Positions 1 through 22,711 of a stretch of 64,000 nt of DNA are shown here, in pieces. The notes under the pieces are model-generated. The model searched no databases, was not told where the DNA came from, and was given only the letters and a program-made list of their open reading frames with translations. The DNA comes from the human T2T-CHM13v2.0 reference genome, Homo sapiens. Where the stretch lies: NCBI RefSeq assembly GCF_009914755.1, contig NC_060930.1, one strand, 5' to 3'. The position numbers and the translations under genes were made by a program. Numbering within the stretch: the first letter of the stretch is position 1; each line of letters begins with the position of its first letter.

Positions 1-156
<156 letters not shown>

Positions 157-164
157 TCAAAAAA

Positions 165-485
165 AAAAGGAAGGATATTCCAACATATGCAATGTGTGAT
201 GAACCTTGAGGACATCATGCTAAGTAAAATGAGTCAGTCACAAAAAGGACAAATATGATTCTACTTATATGAGATACCACAGTAGTCAAATTCACAGAGA
301 CAGAAAGCAGAGTGGTGTTTGCCAGGGACCAGGGCAATGGGGGCGGGGTGTGCAATGAGGATGGAGCATTAGTGTTTAGGGGATACAGTTTCAGCCTTAT
401 AAGATTAAAAAGTTCTAGAGATGGATGATGATGATGATTGCAGACCAATGTAAATGCCAGAGAACTGTACACTTAACAATACAAG
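165..485 (+). mobile_element. L1M (L1MB-like) LINE 3' end fragment; resumes at ~1693-1740 after an Alu cluster
   Basis: Typical old L1 3'UTR text (gaaccttgaggacatcatgctaagt...agtcagtcacaaaaaggacaaata...gaactgtacactt...aattttacattatgtatattttaccacaataaaa). Confidence 0.75.
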
Positions 486-489
486 ATGG

Positions 490-1692
<1,203 letters not shown>

Positions 1693-2639
1693 GTTGGTAA
1701 ATTTTACATTATGTATATTTTACACCACAATAAAAAACTTTTCTGTGAAAAGAAGTTTTATTTACTTATTTTCATTTCAATATTTCTCTTTATCATTGTT
1801 GTCTGTGAAATTTGCTTCTATGGTGAGTCATTTGAAAATGACTCCAAAACACAAATTTTGAGAACATGAAGCAAAATTTTCTAGATGTAATTTTTCACAG
1901 TGGCTTTTATAGTTTGTGATCATCAATCATTTTTATTTGTAATTATTGTTTATTAAGTAGGAAGAGTTTAGGGGACAAAAAGTATATAAAGTCAACCACA
2001 AATGCAGTCATGGGAAATCAGGTGGTAACATCACATCTTAAGTTACAAGTCACTTCTTTGTGGGGTAATTTTCCATGTTGGAATTTTGTTCCACTTTTTC
2101 TCAGCAGCTCCATTTCATTCACAGGAGCCACCCAGAAAGAATCTAGTGGCCCAATCATGCGTACTGGGGACCTAAAATATGAAAGGATTCCCTTGGCTAG
2201 CCATGAACTCTTAACTAGAGACGATCTGGTTTCTTTCTCAGGGCTGGAACAAAATAGTGAAAATATTTCCACTCAAAATAGGAACTGCAATCTAGAAGAA
2301 ATCCTGTTCCTTTTCTTTTAAAATAAGGACACAACCAAAAATATGAAATGGAACTTTGGATTACCTTATGCTGTGGTTGTAAGAAAGGAATTGCAGCATA
2401 TAAAAAATAAAATCTTAAGCAGCACTAGACTACACGGCATGTACTTTATTTTAAAATTGTCTCTAGTGCAGCTGCTGAGCATAGAACGTGATCCAGATAA
2501 AAGGGAAATAACACCAACTTCTTGTCAGAAAATTCAAACACTAAACCATCTGAAAGCAGGTAAATGCCTTCCCTTAGGCCGAGCGCAATGGCTCACTCCT
2601 TTAATCCCATCACTTTGGGAGGCCAAGGCAGGTGGATCA

Positions 2640-2984
<345 letters not shown>

Positions 2985-4172
2985 CTAGCTGACCTTGATA
3001 TAAAGGTCCCCATTTACAACCAAAGTCAGTGAAGTTGTTCAAAGGCATTACCAAAAGAATAGGAAAATTCATGGTACTGAAAACAGTTATGACTGACTGC
3101 TCTCTGACCACTTGTGCTTCTATTCCAATATAAAGTCACTCTTTTTAGGGACTTCACACCATCTGTTTCTGAGATTTGTTTAGACTAGTTTTGGTGATTT
3201 TATACCAAAGGTGCATAAAAGTGTTGTTGTTTAATTGTGATATTTGGCAAGAGATTTCTTGGGGCATGACATATTCATATTTCTGAGGTTTTAAAATTAT
3301 TATTATCATTCCTCTTTTTTTTTGAGACTGGGTCTTTCTCTGTCACTCAGGTTTGAGTGCAGTGGTGCAATCATAGCTCACTGCAGCCTCGACCTCCTGG
3401 ACTCAAGCAATCCTCCCTGCTCAGCCTCCCCTGTAGCGAGGGCTACAGGCCCACACCACTACACCTAGCTAATTTTTTTATCATTATTTTTAATTTTTAG
3501 AGGTCTCACTATATTGGCCAGGCTGGTCTCAAACCCCTGGGCTCAAGCAATCCTCCCGCCTCGGCCTCCCAAGGTGCTGGGATTACAGGTGTAAGACACT
3601 GCACCCAGCTTAAAATTATTTTTAAACACTACACAGAAGTACTACATCACATAGATACTGCTAGAGGTCTGCCTAGTCTCATTGTTGCAGGTGATTTTGT
3701 TCATTCTAGCCATTCCACTGTACCTGGGCATGTATTTAGAATTGAAGTCGCATACTGCACCCAGTAATGCCAATTCTTCTTGAGAAACCTCAGAAATCTA
3801 TTTAACGGCCATCTGGAGGTTCAATTAAGGTAACGCCAATAAACTGGTTGACTAACACAATCAGTTCTTTCCATCTAGTGTAACTGGAAATGAGCATGCC
3901 CCCATGGCCTGGCAACTCCATGTCTAGGTATAAACACTGTAAAATATATGCACAATGAGACACGTACTAGAAGGGCCATTGCAATATTGTTTGTAGGATG
4001 ATCATAATTGGAAAGAAACCTAAAAGTTTTCCAGCAGAAAATTAGATACATAAATTGAGGTGCAATTGTGTAATTGTGGATATAATACAATACTCATAGG
4101 AGTTAAAATAAATAAATTACTGTACGTACTAGTTTAGCATAAATTGGATACATATCAAATTATTTATAATAG

Positions 4173-4289
<117 letters not shown>

Positions 4290-4878
4290 TAGCTGAGACT
4301 CCAGGCACACGCCTCCATGCCCGGCTAATTTTTTGTATTTTTAGTAGAGACGGGGTTTCACTGTGTTAGCCAGGATGGTCTTGATCTCCTGACCTCGTGA
4401 TCTGCCAGCCTCGGCCTCCTAAAGTGCTGGGATTACAGGCATGAGCCACTGCACCTGGTCTGTGTATGGTATTTCTAAAAATATATTGAACTGAAGCAAC
4501 ACGACAAAACACCAACATTTGTTCATCCTGATTATGAAAACCCAGGTTATTATACTATCCCACATACTTTTCTGTATTCTCCTTCTCCCCACTACACCAA
4601 AAAATAAATCTAGTATTCAAATTTTAGGGAGTTTTTGCTTGTTGGTTGGTTGGTTGGTTGGTGGCTTTTGCTTTTCTCTCTATTGGAAACCACAAATCTT
4701 TTTATTAAAATCCCTCAACACAAACCTAATCACTTAAGGATCCAACTTAAAGTCCTTGACAATTTCTCTTGGTCATTTGAAATTTGTTTTTTTTAAGGAA
4801 GTTGCTTTAAGAAGTCAGGGTATAAATGTATGCTATAATTATTTTTAAAGACCTTTCTGGATAATATTATAATAAATA

Positions 4879-5394
<516 letters not shown>

Positions 5395-6065
5395 TTAATT
5401 AAGCTAAAAGTCCTCCATGATAAATTGCAAGTCTGGCTTCTCAGGCCCATATTCTCAATGAGAAGCTAGTGGGTTTTAGGATGGGCTGTTCCACTGTAGA
5501 CCATGGTTTGATGTGTACCAGTAAGGGAACTAGTAGGGGAGCCACTATGTTCAGCAACATTGAAAAGCCCTGGTCTCCCTCAGATTCCAGGACAGGACTG
5601 GAATTGGGAGAGAGGGACCCTCTACAGGAACTGTAGGAACTGTAGGAGACGCAGAAGGAGGCAGCTCCTACTAGAGTGAAGCCCAGTTGCTGAGGAGGTA
5701 AAACACCCCAAGCCTCTCTTTCCACCCTCAAATCTCCAGTCAGTGCTTCCCATAAACTGACCCAGCCAGTAGCCAGAGGCCAAAAGAGTCCGAGGGAGGC
5801 AATAGTGTCACAGGACAGAGAGCAGGACAGAGAAAGGCAGGGAGTGACTATTGGGAGCCAAGCAGAACATGAACCATCCCATTTTCTTCTCAGAGAAAAC
5901 AGAAAGACAAGATTATCTTATATGTAAATGGCATAGTTTTATTGCCAAGAAATACAAATGGCAGAGAAAGTGGCTGAAGATCAAATATTCTCAGCCCCAA
6001 ATTCATGTTTAGTAGATGTTAATTGATAACTTACAGAGCAGATCGTCTCGAGGAAGGCCTGGTTA

Positions 6066-6212
<147 letters not shown>

Positions 6213-6706
6213 TTAAAAAATTAGCTGGGCATGGTGGCACTTGCCTGTAGTCCCAGCTACTTGGGAGGCTGAGGTGGAAAGATCCCTTAAGCCAGGGGCT
6301 GCAGTGAGCCAAGATCGAGCCACCGCACTCTAGCCTGGGCAACAGAGGGAGATCCTGTCTTTAAAAAATGTAAAAATCTTATTTTTGAAAGTATGCTACA
6401 AGTTAAATTACTTAAAGTTGGGCATTCTATGGATCACGTACTCTATATGTTAGATAGAGATAACATATATAGATACACAGAACGTATCTTATAGAGAGAA
6501 TATATATAGGATTATATATTTTATGTTTTATATATAATGTTCTATACATCAAAATATTAATAGCCATAGATGAGTAATTGCTAATGTCTTTTTCACAAAA
6601 TGTCCTAACTAAAATAACTGCACGCTGGTGGGAATGGAAATTACTAACACCCTCCTGGCAGATAGTAGGGCAATGTACATCACAAGATTTAAAAATGTGC
6701 ACACTA

Positions 6707-7131
<425 letters not shown>

Positions 7132-9506
7132 TGAATAATTATGCCCAGTGTAGGCATGGGCTGTTCACTATCCCTGAGCTGGCTCCTTTATGGTCATGAC
7201 ATGATGTCGGCTTCACCCTGGGCTTGATTAAGTGACAAAGCTTATGCACTTGCTCTTAACAGCGAACAGAAGAGCCAAACTCCAGGATCTTGTCAAAGAG
7301 AACCCTCCAAACTCTCATAGAGGAAATGCTAATGCAGTGACCAAGAGCAAGGAGCCACCCGACATGGGCTTCGTAGGGTGACCCTGGGCAAGCGACCCAA
7401 TGTCTTTCAGTTTCTTCATCTGTAAAAAAGAGATCATGATGCTCATGGCACTGATTCCAGAGAAACGTTGTGAGTATTAAGTGAGCAAATATATGTAAAA
7501 ACACTGAGAATAGTGACTGGTATGTGGTATTTGCCATTATAATTTTCTGTTCAATCCTTATCAAAAGGCTAAATTATAAGAAATAATATTCATGGAAAAT
7601 GTTGTCCATGTATTCCTCTAAATAATCAGGGTTCTTCCTATACATATTCAATTTTAGAGCTGCATTATTTGGTTAGCACTATTTTAGCTGCTGGTAATAT
7701 TGCTTCTGCTAAAGTATTTGCTGTGTCACTTGTCTTCATGAAAATTTTAAAAACTTGCTGGTGCCGTAGCGTCATTGTAGGGATGGTGCCAATAACAGTG
7801 ATCACATTTCACCTGGAAGCCCCTTCATCAGGACCCATATGAGAATCTTTCCTCAGACCTCAGCACTTCTGGGTTAGTCTTGTGTTTTAGATGCAAAGGC
7901 GGTTTAGCTTCTGTTTCTAATCATAGGCCTTCCCTCCCATCAGCTATAGCAGTTATTCAGGACCCCGTGGCAAACATCCTTGAATCCTATCCATGAATTT
8001 ATAGATTATTTTCTACCTTTACCTGTCCTCTACCTCAAATTCCTAATCTATTTGTAACCTGTTGCTTAATGCATATTTTTACAAGTTAACTCAAAATACT
8101 TTGGGGGACAAGAATGAGACAGAACATGAAAGTCAATAAGCAAGTAATAAGTAAATATAAAACCAAATACATGCTGATAACACATAGTGGTAACATGAAG
8201 CCACACAGGAAATTCTGTTTGCTGATTGCAGTCACAGTCATGTCTCAACAAGGGTTGTGTGACTGGTTGTCTTGCCCCACCAAACAGTTCGAAGTTGTTG
8301 CAATCTCATTTAAGATGAACAGCAACTACCAATGAGGCAGTCAGTTGTGCTAATATATCATTAGGGGAAATTTTTCCAAGTCTTCATAAAAAACAGTAGG
8401 TTGCACATATGACAACCAGGTAACAGAACAAATGAATATGATGAATGCCCAGGATCTCCTAGAATAATGGCAAGGAATTTGCATTAATTTTTATAGGCTC
8501 AGCTTGGGAGCACTGAGCCCAATTTCTCATGGATGAGACAGCAAGTTCACCAAAGCTCACAGAAAGACAACATTTTGATTCATGTAATTTTGTTTTTAAT
8601 TTGTATGGAATCTTAGTATTTTAAAACTGGAGGCCGGTCGCAAGGGCTCACACCTGTAATCTTAGCACTTTGGGAGGCTGAGGCAGGTGGATCACTTGAG
8701 GTCAGGAGTTCATGACCCAGCCTGGACAACATGGCGAAACCCCATCTCTACTAAAAATACAAAAATTAGCCAGGTGTGGTGGCGCACGCATGTAATCCCA
8801 GCTACTCAGGAGTCTGAGGCACAAGAATCACTTGAACTGAGGAGGCAGAGGCTGCAGTGAGCTGAGATCACACCACTGCACTCTAGCCTGGGTGACAGAA
8901 CAAAACGCTGTCTCAATGAAAAAATAAAAAAATAAAACTAAAGTACCTCCAAAAAATGCAATCCTCTGGAAGTCCAAAGATGCTTTCAGGGGCCGTGCAG
9001 CAAGTTGGCAGACCCAGGGCTGGGATTGGGATCCCCTGACAATGATGCCTCAGGCACTGGACATAGGCAACTGTAGCATGAATCCATGTGTCCATTCAAC
9101 CACACCCTGCTGTGGTGGTAACCACACTTTCTAATCTGTGGTATCATTTTACTCATCTTCCAGTTGAAGCTGAATGTTCTATCTGCACAACTTAAGTATT
9201 TATTCCTCAGCTGGAGGGAGCACAGTGGGTCGGTCTGTGGCTCAGAAGGAAGGGGTGCCCTCTGTGCCTTGGAAAGGAGATTCCGGTGGACACAGAGCAG
9301 AGGCACTTCAATGCCACTTTTGGTTGGGTAGAAATCCAAACAACAGACTGGAGGAAAATGACCTCACTTATCTCCAAGCACAACCCTGACGTGTGTACAC
9401 CTCCTAGGCACAAGGATTTGAAGCCAAGGGTCTGAACCATGTCTGAATCAACAGCCCCTGCCAGCTCATTGGCATGAGAGGAGAGGTGCCCCTACCCACA
9501 CCCAAC

Positions 9507-11246
<1,740 letters not shown>

Positions 11247-11429
11247 CTACCTAATGAGGGCTGAGCAGCCCTAAGAGGCCAGCCTGCTTAGAAATAGTCC
11301 TCACCATCCTCTTAGACATCCCCCCATGACCTCATACAGTATCCAAGGTCTGCCCTCCCCTCCCCCAGTTACCATGGTACTAAGTTACCCTGGTATTAAG
11401 ATATTACTGTTGGCTATTTTACTTCTCAA

Positions 11430-11790
11430 CATTAATTGAGCACCTGCTCTCAGTCATATGCCAAGAACCCAGAAATGAATATGACACAGCTCTTGCTTTC
11501 AAGGAGCTCACAGTCAGGGCAACATAATTTTTACACATCAATAGAAAATAATGCACTGGCCAACATTTATGAAGCACTCACAATGTGCCAGACTCTAAGA
11601 CCTCGTGTATTACCTCATTTAATTCTCCCAACAACTTTATAAGATAGGTACCATTACTATCAAGCCCATTTTACAGACAAGATTCCTGGGCCATAGAGAC
11701 TGTGTGTAACTGCCTAAGGTCCTTTAGTAGTAGTTGGGCTGGGAGCCAAACTGAGGCAGCCTGTCTCTAGTGTCCACACCTTTCCGCCAC
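11430..11790. mobile_element. L2 and MIR fragments
   Basis: attgagcacctgct...tcaaggagctcacagtc (L2 3' end); aacatttatgaagcactcacaatgtgccag...cccattttacagac (MIR core). Confidence 0.65.
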
Positions 11791-11999
11791 ACTGAGTGGA
11801 TAAGTGAATGTACTAAAAGTCACAGAGGCATGAAAAGATGTTGATTCAAAGAATGGTGAGCTATTCAGGGTGGCTGGCCACAGGGCTGAAAATTTGGGTT
11901 TGGGCCAATTTATGAAAGGCCTTACAGGCCATGAACAGGGCGTTCTGTTCTATCTCCTCTAGACAAAGGGTAGCCCGCCCAAGTTTTGTTTTCTTTTTT

Positions 12000-12520
12000 C
12001 ATCTTTTTAATTTTTATTTTAGATTCAGGGAGTACACGTGCAGGTTTGTTATAAAGGTATATTATGTAATGCTGAGGTTTGGGCTTCTGATGACCCCATC
12101 GCCCCAAGCAGTGAGCATAGTACCCAATAGGTAATTTTTCAACCCTTCATGTCCTCCCTCCCTCACCACTTTTCAAATTCCCAGTGTTCATTGCTCCCAT
12201 CTTTGTGTCTGTGTGTACCCAATGTTTAACTCCCTCTTATAACTGAGAACATGAGGTATTTGGTTTTCTGTTTCTGCATTAATTTGTTCGGGAAAATGGC
12301 CTCCAGCTGTATCTGAGGTGCTGCAAAGAATATGATTTCATTCTTTTTTATGGCTGTGTAGTATTCCATGGTGAATATGAACCACATTTTCTTTATCCAA
12401 TCTACCATTAATGGAAACCAGAGTTGATTCCATGTCTTTGAGATTGTGAATAGTGCCACAATGAACATACAAGTGCAGGTGTCTTTTTGGTAGAACAATT
12501 TATTTTTCTTTGGATATTGC
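12000..12520 (-). mobile_element. L1PA/L1PB 3' fragment including the ORF2 C-terminus remnant
   Basis: ORF 12226-12498 (KDTCTCMFIVALFTISKTWNQ...WIKKMWFIFTMEYYTAIKKNEI) matches the L1 ORF2p C-terminus, followed by L1 3'UTR. Confidence 0.9.
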
Positions 12521-13504
12521 CAGCCAAAGTTTTAAATCAGGAAACAAAGTGAGCAGATCTACATTTCAAAAGATAAGGGTGAGAATAACCACAGGATGGA
12601 GAGATGGGGACAGAGAGGTACAACTGTGACAGATGATGCAAGTTAGAGGAAGGCAGTGGGGTGGAGGGAGAAGAAAGGCAGGACACCTGGACACTTCTGA
12701 CTTCGAAATGACAGGATTTCATCATGGCTGATTGGAGAGGGAGAGAGAAAAGGAAGGCAGCTCCCAGGCCTGTAATGAAAGCGACTTAACAAGCGAGTGC
12801 TCTGGATAGAAAAGGAGTCGGTAAAGGAGTACCTGGAGGAAGGTAATGAGCTCACTTCTGGACATGTTAGGTTTCCACAAGCCTTACTATCTGCCAGTTA
12901 GTTGCTAAGAAGCATGACAGTTAAGTCACTTCAGATCCTTTGGGCTCACGGAGATATTTCTTTGCAAAATCATACATATGGATACTTCCTAAAGTTTCTT
13001 AGAAATGCATTGATTTTAGAATTTAGGTGTAATTTGAAGAGAAACTGAGAAGGAACCCATGATGGTGATTTTGTTGTTTCAAAAAGTGCCATCCTACCAA
13101 AATTAGAAAAAAAAAATACTTTTTTATACTGAGTAAGGAATCCAAAGATAACCAAGCCAAGCCCCAATGAGGCCTATGAGACATGAAAAACACATACTTT
13201 TCAGCTAACTAAATATTTGAGTTCTATTTTAAGGACAGTGGTGGCATTGGGTGTGTGTCTTTAGAATGTTTCATTCTAAATAGATGTTCGTCTTCCCTTT
13301 ATGGATAATACTTCAACTAGATTTTTGTTTCTACACTGTTTGCTTTTATCTTCTAAGGCTAAAATTTGTTGAAGAGACACTCATACAATGGCTACTCATT
13401 ACTCAATTTAGCCTTAAATCATATGAGTAGTATTTAAGTGTGAATATTAAAAATATAACCTCAGAATGAAAATCTGATAAATAAAATAGCCCAGATGAGT
13501 TTAA

Positions 13505-13882
<378 letters not shown>

Positions 13883-13944
13883 TAAGATATTCACCCAAAT
13901 TTTTTGTCACTTATATGATAATGATCCAGCGTTGGCATGATGGT

Positions 13945-16560
<2,616 letters not shown>

Positions 16561-16579
16561 ATATTTCTTATGTTTGTCT

Positions 16580-16689
16580 GTATATATATATGTATACATA
16601 GATAGATGTATACATAGATAAATGATAGATAGATGATAGATAGATAGCTACATAGATAGATACATAGATACATAGATACCTAGATCATC

Positions 16690-16690
<1 letters not shown>
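16580..16690. repeat. (TA)n/(TAGA)n/(TAGATACA)n simple repeat
   Basis: Seen directly in sequence. Confidence 0.9.
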
Positions 16691-17327
<637 letters not shown>

Positions 17328-17557
17328 TTATAAATTAGACAGATAGATAGATATAGAGAGATAAACCAAAAGGATCTGTGGACCTGTAGATAGGGGAAAA
17401 ATTGCTGCAGCTCATGGACTTGGCACATGCTGTTCCTTCTACCAGGGAATTTTCCTTAGATCCTCCTACAACTGTCTTGTCATTTGGATCTCAGTTTAAA
17501 TGTCCAAGATCACGCTACTGCACTCCAGCCCGGGCGACACACTAAAACTCTGTCTCA

Positions 17558-17922
<365 letters not shown>

Positions 17923-18539
17923 TACAGTTTGTGTTCAATGCAAATCAATTCCATAAGAAGTTACTATGAATCAAAGCGTAAATACACAAACACAATATAC
18001 AATCCAAAATAGATGTACAGCATTCTGGAATAAAGCAAAAGAGTGTTCATTCACACACACAGTAGCTTCAAAACTGTTCGATCTGTTTGTTCCCATGTAG
18101 TTTTCTAAAGATGGAAAAAAAGGACTTTGGTCATCAAGACTACTGTGGCCATATTAGATTACTGGAACATCTAAGCATCAGTGTGTGACCATGCGAACAA
18201 AAGACTTCGGGGAGTGTCTATTTTTAAAAAGGTTTATGTGTGTCGAGGCAGTTGTAAAAGATTTACTGCAGAATCAAGCCCACTTTTAGGCTTAGGACCA
18301 GGTTCTAACTATCTAAAAATATTGACTGATAACAAAAAGTGTTCCAAATGTGGCTATTCTGATCCATAGTTGTTTTTTAAAGAAAAAAAATGTATATACA
18401 GAAAGAGTATAAAAGTTTGTGAATTTAATGCAAATTAGCTTCGTCTTCACTTCCCAAATACTTGATTTATAGTTTTGACTCCTTTACATTTTTGCCTTCT
18501 TAATTTCAAGATTTGCAATTTTGCCTTCAAAACAGATCA

Positions 18540-18915
<376 letters not shown>

Positions 18916-19725
18916 TCAATGCAATTCTACTCTTTGGAATCCGTTTAGCTAAATGAATGTAGTGCTCTTGTTGAATGGAAACAGGTGATAGGAAATGCCT
19001 ACCATTTGACTCAATATGGATAATCAAGAGTTGCTCAGGATGCTTGGATCTGGGGGTAGATTCTCATTCATCATTGCCCTGGCACATGTCAATTACTACA
19101 TAAAAGGTCAAATGCAATGTCAAATCCAAAGCCTCAGGAGGAAAGTGAGTTCAGTTCCCAAGAGAACAGCAATAGCTCAACAATGTAAAACTTCATCTAG
19201 AGTATATCGGCATTAAATTAGTGCTGTCGAAACAATACGTTGAGGAATTACAGTAACACCTGGAAGTTCCTTCTCATGTACATATAAATAGAATCATGGA
19301 AGCTTTTTATATTACCTGTTTTATGGCCTTATAGAATTAATGAACCAAATGAAAACTGAATCTCCATTCCACAATCCCATCCTTTATTTCTATTCTTATT
19401 TTCAAGGTAGTATTAAGTGTCCATATTTCTCAAGCCACATTCAAGGAAATCATGTCTTAACTATTTTGGATGTTGCCTCTCCTTCATCTTGTACATGAAA
19501 CTCCAGCAGATTTAATATTGGCATCCATCATCTAGTCAAACCTCTCACATGTTCTTCAAATCAATCAAATTTGGGATTCTCAACATTTTCTGTGTCAATA
19601 AAAGGTGTGGAATTAGTAGATTCGATGAAGACCTGTTTTTCCTTGCCACATTGGACTTCCAGACGCCATTTGGATTGGGTTTAGAAGATGGGGAAATTTA
19701 GAAGACGTTTCTTGGCCTGAGTCTC

Positions 19726-19899
19726 TTAAGAGTAGAGATGCAGAAGAGAGAGTGAGACCACGAAGAGACTGGCTGTTGACTGCAGGGCACCACCAGCCGC
19801 CTTGGTGGTGGCATTAGTTGGATTTGGGGCCAACCCAGAGTTGGAAGTACTCTGGGAGGAGTTACTTGAAGTTCCAGTTGTTGTTTCACTGGAATAAAT
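19726..19899 (-). CDS. CD24: CD24 coding exon 2 (aa 24-80): [57 protein letters not shown]
   Basis: Hand translation; acceptor atgtattttAG at 19901-19900; Ser/Thr-rich core, N-glycan sequons N36 and N52, hydrophobic GPI signal; TAA at 19728-19726; Ala57 (GCG) allele. Confidence 0.99.
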
Positions 19900-22642
19900 C
19901 TAAAATACATAAAAAGTTACATGGATACATTTCCACATCACAGCTACCTCCACGTACTCTCATATAAAATTAAAGTAGGTGATATATTCTTAGATTGCTC
20001 TCTTACCATTGTTCTCTTACCCAACATCATTAACTTCTGAATTCTTGCTCAACCCACCAAGGTCATTCTCTTTAGTTTCAAAACAAACTACCTAGAGATG
20101 CCTCAAAAATGCCAAGTGGCAACAAGAACAAAAAAGTTATTCAATAACTATAACTCCTGTTTTTATTTCTTTGCAAAGGAAAAAAGGACCAGGTTAACTA
20201 ATTCAGTTTCCAAGATTATATTGACTTAATGGCATTGCAATAAGGTCTATTTTCCCAGAAAGGGGGAGATTTTAAAGTTGCACAAAAAAATGGGGATTTT
20301 TAAATATTGTAACTGAGACTTATGGAACTAGAATTCATTGGGTCACTGTCTATCCTGGATTTGCTAGGTAACTTTCACATACTCAATTTAATACAGCCTT
20401 GGTAACTTAGCCTTTTCCTTAAGGGGGAAATGCAGTCTTATCTTCTCCCTTGAAATTTGAAATAGTAACTCTTCTAAAAAATGGCCACAATATTTGTGTT
20501 AAATTGAAAAAGAAAATGAGTTTTTCCTTTAAGGCAGAATGACTTCAAGAAAACACCATGAAGTCGGAACGATTTCACAAAAGACAACGAGAGGTTATGG
20601 TGTTAAGTTTCACCAGCAGCAGCCTCACTGGTCGCCAAGCTCAGTGCTGTGGCCAAGAACCAAGGTTCTCCCAGTGTCCCAGCGTCTGAGTGGCATCATT
20701 CACCACTGATTTTTCAAGCCACGAAATGCACAGTCCAGTAGGGCACGTGATAATCTCTCCTTTGTCATGGAACAAAGGCAGATCGGAGTTTTCAGCCCTC
20801 ACTGCAAGGGAGGGTTTACAAGGGCTTCTGATTACAGGCTGGAGGGAGGACGTGGCACCAGGCAAGAGTCTGGGCCCCGTGTACATTTGGCTGCCTATTA
20901 ATCCAAAGATAAAGCCCTCCTACATCAGCACCAGCTCCTTTTGTTGTAAAATCCATAAGGTCATTAAACAAATATTGACTACAGAAATGTACAAATCCTA
21001 TCCAAAATAGATTAGTGACAACAACAAAAAAATCTTGATCAAGTCAAATTTATTTATCGGGCACCTACTGTGTGCAAGATTTAGTGTGTCCCATCAGGAA
21101 ACGGCACTCCCAATAAAGAAAAGCATTAATATGGTAATTTACTTAAAACAGGGTGCCTGTTTTGGACACCTTGTTTGGGATCCCGCAAAGTAACCTGTTC
21201 TTTATTCATGCAATGAGTTTTACTGCAGCAGGTGATGTTTTCTTTTTAAAACCTGGTGTATCAATCTGAGGATCTAAAGATCCTCTACACCAACAAAAAA
21301 ATTATGTTTATTAAACTGACACTAAACAAAATTTTCTCTCCCAAGCTAGATTTATTCGCATTATTAAAACTTCTCACTTACAATGTTGGAGGAAAAAAAT
21401 CTGGTCGGAGAGAAGATGGGGCGGGGAGTGGAGGGGGCCGGTTTCTCGCAGCCGCGCCCCTCCCCCATCAAAGAATTGAGGAAGGCTCGGGAGCGCAGCG
21501 GACTGGGAGGAAGACAATAGGGTACGGTTACCCCGCCAGCGGTGGGGAAGCGCGTTCCACACTCAGGCTGCACTCCCAGGTGAGCCCGGACTTTCGATGT
21601 CTGGGGACGGAGGACGCAGCGCGCCCAACTTTGGGGGAGAAGCCCCAGTGACAGTCCTCGATTAACCCCAATCGAAGGCGCTGGAGAGCCGTCACTCCCA
21701 TCCTCCAAACCCGAACTGACCCAAACAAACGTACCTTCTTCGCCCCCGCCCCCGCTAGGGTCTCCCAGGCCCAGCCCCCGGTCTCTCTCGCCGGCGCGGT
21801 GCATCCATACACCCTCGAGGCAGCGCTGCGCGGCCCCGGGTACCCGCACCCGGGGCGAGGTTCCCCGGATGGAGGATCTAGGGAGACCGCGCTGGTAGCG
21901 GCGACCCGAACAAAGCCTGGCGGGGACTCGGGACAGAATCGTCCCACCATGCTGCCTCCCCAGAACTAGCCAATCTGGGCTAAAATAACATGGGGATCCT
22001 AAGATGACAAGCGATGGACGTGAAAGGTTGCCTCGCAGAGAGCGCAGCGTCAGGAGAGGGTCCCCGCCTCGGCTTCAGCCCGGAACCGGGGTTTGTTTAA
22101 AAAGGGCCAGATAGCCGTAGCTTCTCCGGGATACCCAATCCAACTCCGAGGGTGGAGGATGGGCGTGAGCCGCCCTCCCCGAAAGGGACCGTCGCCTCTC
22201 TTTGTGTAGAGCGCGGGGAGCGCGAAGACATTCCTAGGGGGAAGCGAGTCCTCAGGGACCCAGGGACAACGTCCCCAGGGAGCCCGAGCTCTCCAGGCGC
22301 TAATCCCTGCAGGCACCTCGGGCCTCTGGGTGAAAGTGGGAAGTAGTCACCTGGCTGCCTGGGAAGGGACAGCGTGGAACCTGGGGTGGGGCAGGGTCCT
22401 CTCAGCCCGCACGCGGAGCTGCATTGTTCCCAGGGCCGTGGGAGGAGGGGGGGCAGCACGCAAGGGAATGGAAAAATGGGGTCCACATGGCCCTCTCCCC
22501 TGGTCAGCTAAGCAAGATTCTCTCCCGGTCCCTGTCCGTGGCCCGAGGCAGGAGCGCAGGACGGTCCCCCGGGACCGGGTCCATCTCCCCTGCCCCCACC
22601 CCGGGAACGGCCCTCGAGCCCCGCCGGGCGCCAGGGCCTCAC
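19900..22642 (-). other. CD24: CD24 intron (2743 bp, GT-AG, phase 0)
   Basis: Donor CAG|GTGAGG at 22643/22642; acceptor ttttAG|ATT at 19900/19899. Confidence 0.97.
21735..21950 (-). CDS. CD24: CD24 alternative first coding exon (72 aa, MVGRFCPESP...AGAGAKK), giving a 129-aa isoform without a signal peptide
   Basis: Strong Kozak (gcAgcATGG); donor AAG|GTACGT at 21735/21734; phase 0, in frame with exon 2. Agrees with my recollection of an annotated longer CD24 isoform. Confidence 0.7.
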
Positions 22643-22711
22643 CTGCGTGGGTAGGAGCAGTGCCAGCAGCAGCAGCCCCAGCCCGAGCCTGGCCACCATT
22701 GCTCTGCCCAT
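22643..22711 (-). CDS. CD24: CD24 coding exon 1 (aa 1-23, signal peptide): MGRAMVARLGLGLLLLALLLPTQ
   Basis: Matches the human CD24 N-terminus; ATG at 22711-22709 in a good context (gacATGG); followed by a GTGAG donor. Confidence 0.99.

Noticed and set aside
2010-2321. 103-aa ORF in unique sequence
   Set aside because: No recognisable protein similarity or exon structure; length is compatible with chance.
18052-18061. (TG)5 tract as the site of the known CD24 TG deletion
   Set aside because: It maps to ~c.1910, not c.1527; the position and restriction-site logic fit 18443/18442 instead.
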